40,398 nucleotides of DNA from Nemertoderma westbladi (taxonomy: Eukaryota > Animalia > Xenacoelomorpha), in the NCBI GenBank assembly GCA_032718475.1, contig JAUCBJ010002114.1, forward strand, positions 1 to 40,398, given 5' to 3'. The notes under the pieces are model-generated. The model was given only the letters and a program-made list of their open reading frames with translations. It was not told where the DNA came from and did no database searches. The first letter of the stretch is position 1. Each line of letters begins with the position of its first letter. The position numbers were made by a program, and so were the translations under genes. Below are positions 12,172 through 22,850 of the stretch, one piece after another.

Positions 12172-13668
12172 ATGGCCGAGATTATCTTATATATTTTGAT
12201 ATTCATCGTGATATCGATATTAATGTATTTAAAGATGAACAATCCATACCGCGGACTCAATTTACCAAGTTCGCCACGAATGCTCATCCCTTTTCTCGAT
12301 CCTCGAGTAAAGAGGGAAGTATCTGCTACTGGAGGGAACGTACCGTGGGCTCTCAGTAATATGTCGAAAGTATATGGAAATATTCTTAGAATTAAACGGG
12401 GGTTTAGACCAGTAATAGTCATGTTTGATTTTAAAGATATTAAAGATGCTTTTGTAGTGCAAGGGGCGAAAACAAGCGATAGAATACGTGTTGCTGTACT
12501 CAAAACCATAACTTTTGACAAGAAGAGAGGTCACACTGCCGGGGTAGTTAATTCAAGCGGACCTGTGTGGAAAGCTTCACGAAAGTTTACGCTCACTGTG
12601 TTTCGCAATTTGGGGTTAGGGAAAAACCTAATGGAAGAGCGAGTGTCACAGGAAGCGATGATGTTGAGTGAGTTTATTGGGAACGTGGACGGGCCATTCG
12701 ACACAAGGAAGATTTTGATAGCGAGTATCTCGAATGTTATATGTGGGATGGTGTTTGGACATCGGTTTGAATACAGCGATAAAAAGTTTCTGAAGATACT
12801 CCATATACTCGACGAATTCTTCCAACTTCTAGGAGCCCATCCGCCTACATTTCTCTTTAATTTCTTCACTAAAGTTCCTGGAACCAGTGCTTGGAGGGCA
12901 ATTCAAAAAAATAACGAAATAAAAGGATTTGTTAAGGAAGAAATTGATTCTCATAGAAAAGCGTTTGATGAAAATTGTTCCAACGATTTAATAGATGCCT
13001 ATTTGATTGAGGAAATGAAACATGGCGGGAATGACGACGTTTTCAATGAATTTGGTTTACAGATAATAGTTCGTGATTTATTTTTCGCCGGCACAGAGAC
13101 CACGAGCAGCTCTCTCAACTGGTCTATTCTCTTCATGATTTTGCATCCGGATGTGCAAAAGAGAGTCCAAGAGGAAATTGACAGGGTAGTTGGCCGTCAT
13201 AGGATGCCGAGGGCAGCGGATAAAAAGGATTTGATATTTGTATCCGCGGTGATTCAAGAGGTTCTCCGACGGGGTTGCATCGCTCCCGGCGCTGTCCCCC
13301 ACAAGGTATCGACTACTCTCAATGTCGGCGGATACGATATACCAAAGGGTATTGAGGTCGGATACAGTATCTTTTCGCTTTGTTTTAACGACAGCTGGGA
13401 AGAGCCAATGAAGTTCAACCCCGATAGGTTTATCGATGGGGACGGAAATCTGCGCACCATAGAATCATTTATCCCCTTTGGAATAGGGCCGCGAGCCTGC
13501 CTAGGGGAGAAGCTCGCTAAGATGGAACTGTTTATTTTCTTCGCTACTCTTATGCACCAATTCGAGTTCAGTATCCCAAAGGGTGCCAAGGTGCCGTCCA
13601 TGGAGTTTCGAATTGGTTTAACATTTACTCCGTTAGACTACCAAGTTTCCGCAACTCGCAGAAACTAA
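12172..13668 (+). CDS. Cytochrome P450, clan 2 (CYP2-like), single exon, 498 aa
   Basis: ATG in aaaATGG context at 12172; N-terminal hydrophobic anchor then Pro-rich hinge; WKASR (WxxxR), I-helix AGTETT, K-helix EVLR, NPDRF, heme motif FGIGPRACLG; uninterrupted to TAA at 13668. Confidence 0.96.
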   Translation: MAEIILYILIFIVISILMYLKMNNPYRGLNLPSSPRMLIPFLDPRVKREVSATGGNVPWALSNMSKVYGNILRIKRGFRPVIVMFDFKDIKDAFVVQGAKTSDRIRVAVLKTITFDKKRGHTAGVVNSSGPVWKASRKFTLTVFRNLGLGKNLMEERVSQEAMMLSEFIGNVDGPFDTRKILIASISNVICGMVFGHRFEYSDKKFLKILHILDEFFQLLGAHPPTFLFNFFTKVPGTSAWRAIQKNNEIKGFVKEEIDSHRKAFDENCSNDLIDAYLIEEMKHGGNDDVFNEFGLQIIVRDLFFAGTETTSSSLNWSILFMILHPDVQKRVQEEIDRVVGRHRMPRAADKKDLIFVSAVIQEVLRRGCIAPGAVPHKVSTTLNVGGYDIPKGIEVGYSIFSLCFNDSWEEPMKFNPDRFIDGDGNLRTIESFIPFGIGPRACLGEKLAKMELFIFFATLMHQFEFSIPKGAKVPSMEFRIGLTFTPLDYQVSATRRN

Positions 13669-14016
13669 AAAATGTGAATCTTTATTATCAAAATGTAGAA
13701 CTCAGGGATCAATTATTTCCATATTATATTTCCATGTGTTGCTACAATAATTCACAAATAATATAACTAATTATCTTTTAATTTATGTACAAATGTATGG
13801 GACTATGTCAAAAACAATGTATGTGGAATACTTATTAAGTTAGGCGCATTCACGTACACAGGGCCATGCCGTAGTGTTATCTGGGTCGGTGGCAGGGTGC
13901 GAGTTTTTCCTAGGTTTAACTTTATTACTGATGTCTGCCGAATGAAAATTTGGTAGATACCAATTTGACAAAAGATGCGTTTTTAATCAGACTTTCCGGC
14001 AAATGCCTGTAAATTA

Positions 14017-14283
14017 CAGATAGTGAGGGAGGGGGGGGGGGGGGGGGGGGGGGGGACTGGACGCAATAAAAATACATCCCTCTCCAGGGGAAATTGGACG
14101 CAAATAACAGATGATTACTCTCAAAAATAAAACTGTAACCTGTTCTATTGTGTTTAGTTTATTGTTTTGGTTGAAATAACGTTCCACTGAAACCTGTTCC
14201 TTTCCCTAAATGAGTTTCTAACATTGAGGCGGGATATGAATTCGCCAAGGCGGGTTTTGCGTCCAGTTTCCCCCTCTGTCTCG
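14017..14283. mobile_element. MITE with G/C-tract terminal inverted repeats, flanked by TA on both sides (Tc1/mariner-like TSD)
   Basis: Left TA|CAGATAGTGAGGGA(G)nACTGGACGCAA; right TTGCGTCCAGTTTCCCCCTCTGTCTCG|TA. The superfamily is inferred from the TA flanks only. Confidence 0.72.
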
Positions 14284-16207
14284 TAAATTATTAAACTTGC
14301 TTCCATTCCCCATTTCTTTGGTTTAAATCAGGTAAGTATGTGATACAGTTTGCGCTGAAATACAAGTCAAGTTATATATTATACTCTAGTTAAACTGTAG
14401 CATATTAAAGTTAAACCTAGGAAGCACTTTAACCAAGCTGTATTCTCTGGCCGCTTAACTTTATTAGCTAATCTATATTTAGTATTTCAAGGCGCAATAG
14501 TTAATCAATAATGCCCAATAATTACTTGTTTAATAATGTTATATATATTGAATCAATATGTAATTAAAACAAAACTTCGGACTGAGTTGTTGTTCATCCT
14601 AGGTTCTGGTTAAATTATGAATTAATTAAATCTATGGATGTTAAAAACATAAAAATTATTTAATATTTATATTGGTTATTAATTGTTGTTGATATTGTAT
14701 CATATTAAATTATTTTGCAACTTTAGTTAATCATTTTATGGATGATACCACTACCACTACAATGAATGTCAAAACCGAACAACAATGTTGATATCGTCAA
14801 AACACTAACAACAGCGTTGTATCTTGGACAAAGCGCCATAAGGTTGCCCGGGGGGGAGGGTGGACGCGAAGTACCCCCATGGCACCCCATTATGGCAGAT
14901 GTCACCTTGATTTAGAGAAGCGGGTTAGGGAACCAAAACAACAAACCAAAGTAAACAGGTATTACAAAATTATGCAGGCAGGGGTTAGTAGAGGATTAAA
15001 TTAATAAAAAATGACCCGGCATTGGTTTATTAATATTTAATAAACCGGAAGTATTTATAACGGCATCTTATTGGCACAATCTTTGGGATTAACTCAAATT
15101 CCCCATATACTTGACAACGAATTTCATTATTAATAGTTAATATTGATTGTAATAATACTTTTTTTACAATTTATACGTTTTTACACAATATACTGTAATA
15201 ATATAAAAGCTAAGACTCCAAATAATATATATAATAATATGGATATCAAATTACCTGGCTATTCATTATCAGCCATTGGCATTAAAAATATTCGCCCATG
15301 TGAAGAATACCAGGTTTTCACTTTTCGTTTTCAGTCGACATTTTATTGGAATTTTATATATAAAGAATTTGTATTCTTTCAAATTTCTCCCTAGTAAGTG
15401 TTTTATAGCGCTTATTTCTGTATCATAACCTATACAGATACTTATTCGTTTATTGTTTTGGTTAGAATCAGCCCTTCTGAAATCTGTATACTTTCACATG
15501 GGCATCACATTTTAGACATAATCAATTAAAATTACACTGAAATTCCATATTACGAACAAAATTATAATTAATAGTTATGTTAATAATAATCCGCGATCAT
15601 ATAAAATGGGATTCACCCTGTCCATCAGTCCGTCCCCTTTCTCATCGATGTTACCACGGACGGGGGCCGCATTAACCATATGGATTGCGTCGAGAAACGA
15701 AACATTAAAAAAATGGAAGTTAGAAATGTTACACATTGCCTGGAATATAATGTGGTAATTCAGTGCCCCTGAATTACAATGTGTAACAAGGTATTGGAAA
15801 ACAAACTGCACAACATTAATTAAGGCAATGTTATTAAGGTAGTAGGTATTACGATTTACGGTGATTGGCAACTTAGGTGTTCTAACGTTACATGGCAAAG
15901 CAACAAATTTTACGGTAATCGTATTACAAATACGAACTTACAGAATTATGATATTAAGTTTTCACAATTTTAACTAAAGGCGAATTTTATAATTATACAA
16001 AAGATATTGTCCCATTTGGAAAAGTAGTAGATTATTTATACGTAACAGTAAAAAACCACATAAATATAATATAGTTGATATTCTTAATATAATGAATGTT
16101 AAAGTTAACCCCCTTCCGACGATTTTTTGCCGGAGGACAATTTTTTACAAATTCATTTCATTTTTTAAAACATCTAAAAATGTGTCTTAAAATAATATCA
16201 CCTAGAC

Positions 16208-16785
16208 GACATACCGAGATAGGTAGACATACCGAGATAGGTAGACTAGACATACCGAGATAGGTAGACATACCGAGATAGGTAGACATACCGAGATAGG
16301 TAGACATACCGAGATAGGTAGACATACCGAGATAGGTAGACATACCGAGATAGGTAGACATACCGAGATAGGTAGACATACCGAGATAGGTAGACATACC
16401 GAGATAGGTAGACATACCGAGATAGGTAGACATACCGAGATAGGTAGACATACCGAGATAGGTAGACATACCGAGATAGGTAGACATACCGAGATAGGTA
16501 TACATACCGAGATAGGTAGACATACCGAGATAGGTAGACATACCGAAATAGGTAGACATACCGAGATAGGTAGACATACCGAGATAGGTAGACATACCGA
16601 GATAGGTAGACATACCGAGATAGGTAGACATACCGAGATAGGCAGACATACCGAGATAGGCAGACATACCGAAATAGGTAGACATACCGAGATAGGTAGA
16701 CATACCGAGATAGGTAGACATACCGAGATAGGTAGACATACCGAGATAGGTAGACATACCGAGATAGGTAGACATACCGAGATAG
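16208..16785. repeat. 18-bp minisatellite (GACATACCGAGATAGGTA)n, about 32 copies
   Basis: Directly visible and highly homogeneous. Confidence 0.99.
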
Positions 16786-17989
16786 TTGGTAAAGTGGCGT
16801 TTTAATTTTATAATAGATTTTTGAAAGGAAGATGAAAAATAATTATTAAAATTTTATACAAAAGTGATTTTGCACCGTTTTTGAACAATTTATTTGTTAC
16901 CATGGTAAGAAATCTACAGTCTGTATACATCTACAAAAAAATAACAACAATTAAGGGGTGTCTCTGGGATATGAAAATGTTGATATGAGTACAATAGGAA
17001 AACTTTGGGTATATAGCAAGGATTATACAATTGCCTGAATTTCGATTAAAAATTGTTTTGGAATTCAAATATTACAGAAATTATCCATCGCCCAAGGCCA
17101 TAAAAAATTATTTCATTGAAATATTTCTGCGAAATAATTATTAAAGTCTATGAATTTTTTAAACCTTACCCTTATTAAATCAATAGACTTGCAAATCCAA
17201 TCCAACCAATAATTATGAAATAAACTCATTGGTCTGTATCAGTAGCACATAATATTGGGCAATCAATTTATTCATTAACATAGCACGGTGAGCTCGGTGA
17301 GCACGGTGAGCACAAATGTATTAGAGATCAATTACGTAAATTAACTATTTGAAAAAATATAAAAACATATGTAATATGTATGTATGCACTGTACTTAATG
17401 TAGCGAAAACACCTTGTGTATAATTTCAAGGGAAATTCAAAAATTAGTTTTTTTTTGAATTGCTGAAATCAAAATATACAAACCGGCAACTAGGGCACTG
17501 GGAGTAGCTATAGTCGAATAGAAGTACAGCTGATAAACTGCTGGACATTTTTCAAATGAACTTCGACGACTTGATGAAAGTCAATTTTCATGCGTAAAAT
17601 TATTACGTATTATTAAATGAAAATAAAATAGCTTTATATCCAGAACACTTGACAAATAATTACCTTAACTCGCTAACGCTAGCTAGGCAAATCTCGGGGT
17701 GAGCGGAAGAAATAAATAGTTATTAATATTCGTCATGTTTAGTCAATCACCAATGTTAGATCTAGATACCTCGCAATTAAATAAAGGTTTTAGCTTCTTC
17801 AATTCATTATATAATCAATAATAATAAATCATTAAAAAATGACCGCGCAGACTAACAGCTGTTAGGTTTATATTGTATAATGCCTGCAGCACTCGCATTA
17901 ACTGCAACTCTGTAAATGTAAAAATGGCTCAAAACCCATTAATCCGGTAAAACGGTCTTATTAATAAGGTGATTAGCAACCCATGGGCG

Positions 17990-18343
17990 TTACGCATCGC
18001 TCTCACCTATTGTCTCGCCGAGAGGAATTGTTTCCATAGTGAACCTCCTGACAAGATCTTCGAACTGTTTCTCCGTCATCCCGACCTGGTAGTCTGGGGC
18101 TCTACATCCGCTCCGAGCCAGACAGGCCCGCAATCCGTCCAGGTCCATTATGTGGACAGGGTCAATACGGTTACGGTTTAACAGGTCCACCAGATACTCC
18201 TTGTAATGTACGGAACACAACCCAGCCCCACCCTGCACCAACTTTCGGTCGCAGGAACGCTCCCGCCCTGCTTCAATCACTTCGACAACGCGACATCTAG
18301 TAAAGTCCCCCGCTTGTTCATCAACTACAGTATTAAATTCCAC
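17990..18343 (-). CDS. RNF31: RNF31/HOIP last coding exon (C-terminal part of the linear-ubiquitin-chain determining domain, LDD)
   Basis: Acceptor ttttttcatttCAG|GTG at 18344/18343. VEFNT...CRVVE...C...AGLCSVHYKEYLVDLLNRNRIDP...IPLG matches the recalled HOIP C-terminus (VMFNT...CRVIEQKE...AGLCQAHYKEYLVSLINAHSLDP...VPLG). Joins exon 1 in phase 0. Confidence 0.93.
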   Translation of the reverse strand: MEFNTVVDEQAGDFTRCRVVEVIEAGRERSCDRKLVQGGAGLCSVHYKEYLVDLLNRNRIDPVHIMDLDGLRACLARSGCRAPDYQVGMTEKQFEDLVRRFTMETIPLGETIGESDA

Positions 18344-21300
18344 CTGAAATGAAAAAAATTATAACAAATATTTTCTTATTTTTTTCATATTTACCCAATA
18401 TGAAATCGCAACATTTATCATTTTGTATAAAAATAAATATTTAAACGAATATTAATTTATTATCTTCTTATTCGAATAAAAGTGAAATAAAGTAAAATCA
18501 AAATAAAATTTAGCTTTGTTTAAACTAACTTTTGTGTGGAAAAGCACAATTAATAACAAACTATATTATGCAGCTGTGTTTGAACCAACGTTATTACCAA
18601 ACTATAATATGCAGCTGTGTGTGAAGTGAACCAACCTTATTACCAAATTATATTATGCAGCTTTGTGTGAACTATCATTATTACCAAACTATATTATGAT
18701 ATGCAGCTGTGTGTGAACCAACCTTATTACCAAACTATATTATGCAGCTGTGTGTGAACCAAGCTTTAATACCAAATATTTTGCAGCTGTGTGTGAACCA
18801 ACCTTATTACCAAACTATATTTTGCAGCTGTGTGTGAGCCAACCTTTAATACCAAATATTTTGCAGCTGTGTGTGAACCAACCTTATTACCAAACTATAT
18901 TATGCAGCTGTGTGTGAACCAACCTAATTACCAAACTATATTATGCAGCTGTGTGTAAACCAACCTTATTACCAAACTATATTATGCAGCTGTGTGTGAA
19001 CCAACCTTTAATACCAAATATTTTGATGCTGTGTGTGAACCAACCTTATTACCAAACTATATTATGCAGCTGTGTGTGAAGCAACCTTATTACCAAACTA
19101 TATTATGCAGCTGTGTGTGAACCAACCTAATTACCAAACTATATTATGCAGCTGTGTGTGAAGCAACCTTATTACCAAACTATATTATGCAGCTGTGTGT
19201 AAACCAACCTTATTACCAAACTATATTATGCAGCTGTGTGTGAACCAACCTTTAATACCAAATATTTTGATGCTGTGTGTGAACCAACCTTATTACCAAA
19301 CTATATTATGCAGCTGTGTGTGAAGCAACCTTATTACCAAACTATATTATGCAGCTGTGTGTGAACCAACCTTTAATACCAAATATTTTGCAGCTGTGTG
19401 TGAACCAACCTTATTACCAAACTATATTACGCAGCTGTGTGTAAACCAACCTTATTTATTACCAAATTATATTATGCAGCTGTGTTTGAACCAAAGTTAT
19501 TACCAAACTATATTATGCAGCTGTGTGTGTGAACCAACCTTTAATACCAAATATTTTACAGCTGTGTGTGAACCAACCTTATTACCAAACTATATTATGC
19601 AGCTGTGTGTGAAGCAACCTTATTACCAAACTATATTACGCAGCTGTGTGTGAACCAACCTTAATTATTACCAAATTATATTATGCAGCTGTGTTTGAAC
19701 CAAAGTTATTACCAAACTATATTATGCAGCTGTGTGTGAACCAACCTTTAATACCAAATATTTTGCAGCTGTGTGTGAACCAACCTTATTACCAAACTAT
19801 ATTATGCGGCTGTGTGTGAACCAAACTTTAATACCAAATATTTTGCAGCTGTGTGTGACCATCCTTATTACCAAACTATATTATGCAGCTATGTGTGAAG
19901 CAACCTTTAATACCGAATATTTTGCAGCTGTGTGTGAACCAACTTATTACCAAACTATATTATGCAGCTGTGTGTGAACCAACCTTTAATACCAAATATT
20001 TTGCAGCTGTGTGTGAACCAACCTTATTACCAAACTATATTATGCAGCTGTAAGTGGACCAACCTTTAATACCAAATATTTTGCAGCTGTGTGTGAACCA
20101 ACCTTATTACCAAACTATATTATGCAGCTGTGTGTGAACCAACCTTATTACCAAACTATATTATGCAGCTGTGTGTGAAGCAACCTTATTACCAAACTAT
20201 ATTATGCAGCTGTGTGTGAACCAAGCTTTAATACCAAATATTTTGCAGCTGTGTGTGAACCAACCTTATTACCAAACTATATTTTGCAGCTGTGTGTGAG
20301 CCAACCTTTAATACCAAATATTTTGCAGCTGTGTGTGAACCAACCTTATTACCAAACTATATTATGCAGCTGTGTGTGAAGCAACCTTATTACCAAACTA
20401 TATTATGCAGCTGTGTGTAAACCAACCTTATTACCAAACTATATTATGCAGCTGTGTGTGAACCAACCTTTAATACCAAATATTTTGATGCTGTGTGTGA
20501 ACCAACCTTATTACCAAACTATATTATGCAGCTGTGTGTGAAGCAACCTTATTACCAAACTATATTATGCAGATGTGTGTGAACCAACCTTTAATACCAA
20601 ATATTTTGCAGCTGTGTGTGAACCAACCTTATTACCAAACTATATTACGCAGCTGTGTGTAAACCAACCTTATTTATTACCAAATTATATTATGCAGCTG
20701 TGTTTGAACCAAAGTTATTACCAAACTATATTATGCAGCTGTGTGTGTGAACCAACCTTTAATACCAAATATTTTACAGCTGTGTGTGAACCAACCTTAT
20801 TACCAAACTATATTATGCAGCTGTGTATGAAGCAACCTTATTACCAAACTATATTACGCAGCTGTGTGTGAACCAACCTTAATTATTACCAAATTATATT
20901 ATGCAGCTGTGTTTGAACCAAAGTTATTACCAAACTATATTATGCAGCTGTGTGTGAACCAACCTTTAATACCAAATATTTTGCAGCTGTGTGTGAACCA
21001 ACCTTATTACCAAACTATATTATGCGGCTGTGTGTGAACCAAACTTTAATACCAAATATTTTGCAGCTGTGTGTGACCATCCTTATTACCAAACTATATT
21101 ATGCAGCTGTGTGTGAAGCAACCTTTAATACCGAATATTTTGCAGCTGTGTGTGAACCAACTTATTACCAAACTATATTATGCAGCTGTGTGTGAACCAA
21201 CCTTTAATACCAAATATTTTGCAGCTGTGTGTGAACCAACCTTATTACCAAACTATATTATGCAGCTGTAAGTGGACCAACCTTTAATACTAAATATTTT

Positions 21301-22850
21301 GCAGCTGTGTGTGAACCAACCTTATTACCAAACTATATTATGCAGCTGTGTGTGAACCAACCTTATTACCAAACTATATTATGCAGCTGTGTGTGAAGCA
21401 ACCTTATTACCAAACTATATTATGCAGCTGTGTGTGAACCAAGCTTTAATACCAAATATTTTGCAGCTGTGTGTGAACCAACCTTATTACCAAACTATAT
21501 TTTGCAGCTGTGTGTGAGCCAACCTTTAATACCAAATATTTTGCAGCTGTGTGTGAACCAACCTTATTACCAAACTATATTATGCAGCTGTGTTTGGAGC
21601 AACCTCATTACCAAATTATATTATGCAGCTGTGTGTGAACCAACCTTATTACCAAACTATATTACGCAGCTGTGTGTGAACGTGAACCAACCTTTAATAC
21701 CAAATATTTTGCAGCTGTGTGTGAACCAACCTTATTACCAAACTATATTATGCAGCTGTGTGTGAACCAACCTTTAATACCAAATATTTTGCAGCTGTGT
21801 GTGAACCAACCTTATTACCAAACTATATTATGCAGCTGTGTTTGGAGCAACCTTATTACAAAACTATATTATGCAGCTGTGCGTGAACCAACCTTATTAC
21901 CAAACTATATTACGCAGCTGTGTGTGAACCAATCTTTAATACCAAATATTTTGCAGCTGTGTGTGAACCAACCTTATTACCAAACTATATTATACAGCTG
22001 TGTGTGAACCAACCTTTAATACCAAATATTGTGCAGCTGTGTGTGAACCAACCTTATTAACAAACTATATTATGCAGCTGTGTGTGAACCAACCTTTAAT
22101 ACCAAATATTTTGCAGCTGTGTGTGAACCAACCTTATTACCAAACTATATTATGCAGCTGTGTGTGAACCAACCTTATTACCAAACTATATTATGCAGCT
22201 GTGTGTGACGCAACCTTATTACCAAACTATATTATGCAGCTGTGTGTGAACCAACCTTTAATACCAAATATTTTGCAGCTGTGTGTGAACCAACCTTATT
22301 ACCAAACTATATTTTACAGCTGTGTGTGAACCAACCTTTAATACCAAATATTTTGCAGCTGTGTGTGAACCAACCTTTAATACCAAATATTTTGCAGCTG
22401 TGTGACAACCAACCTTATTACCAAACTATATTATGCAGCTGTGTGTGAACCAACCTTTAATACCAAATATTTTGCAGCTGTGTGTGAACCAACCTTATTA
22501 CCAAACTATATTTTACAGCTGTGTGTGAACCAACCTTTAATACCAAATATTTTGCAGCTGTGTGTGAACCAACCTTTAATACCAAATATTTTGCAGCTGT
22601 GTGACAACCAACCTTATTACCAAACTATATTATGCAGCTGTGTGTGAAGCAACCTTATTACCAAACTATATTTTGCAGCTGTGTGTGAACCAACATTAAT
22701 AATAATAATAATAAAGTAAATATTTCTAAAGCGTCTTGCCTAATAATAATAAAATTATTAATAAAGTTCAAAGACGAGTGGTCGGTGCAAAGAATGTATT
22801 CGAATTATTGTTTTATCAAACTATTATAATGCAGCTGTGTGTGAACCAAC
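18344..22850 (-). other. 4507-bp phase-0 GT-AG intron of RNF31/HOIP
   Basis: Donor AAG|GTTGGT at 22851/22850 and acceptor CAG|GTG at 18344/18343. Splicing gives LQRLLGDNK-VEFNT, colinear with HOIP LQKLLQDNN-VMFNT. Confidence 0.9.
18556..22695. repeat. Intronic satellite of interleaved 41-bp and 39-bp units, about 100 copies, with a 1218-bp higher-order duplication
   Basis: Unit A GCAGCTGTGTGTGAACCAACCTTATTACCAAACTATATTAT; unit B GCAGCTGTGTGTGAACCAACCTTTAATACCAAATATTTT. Near-identical blocks at 19357/20575 and 19732/20950. Confidence 0.98.

Noticed and set aside
16158-16775. 205-aa (MSTYLG)n ORF
   Set aside because: Translation of the 18-bp minisatellite; no unique coding context.
18556-22695. 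CRISPR-like appearance of the 39/41-bp array, and its small ORFs
   Set aside because: No unique spacers and no cas genes; units are directly tandem inside a spliceosomal intron.
22824-22850. ORF-track C-terminus VGSHTAAL* as the real HOIP end
   Set aside because: HOIP similarity resumes at 18343 after a canonical GT-AG intron; these codons are intronic read-through.
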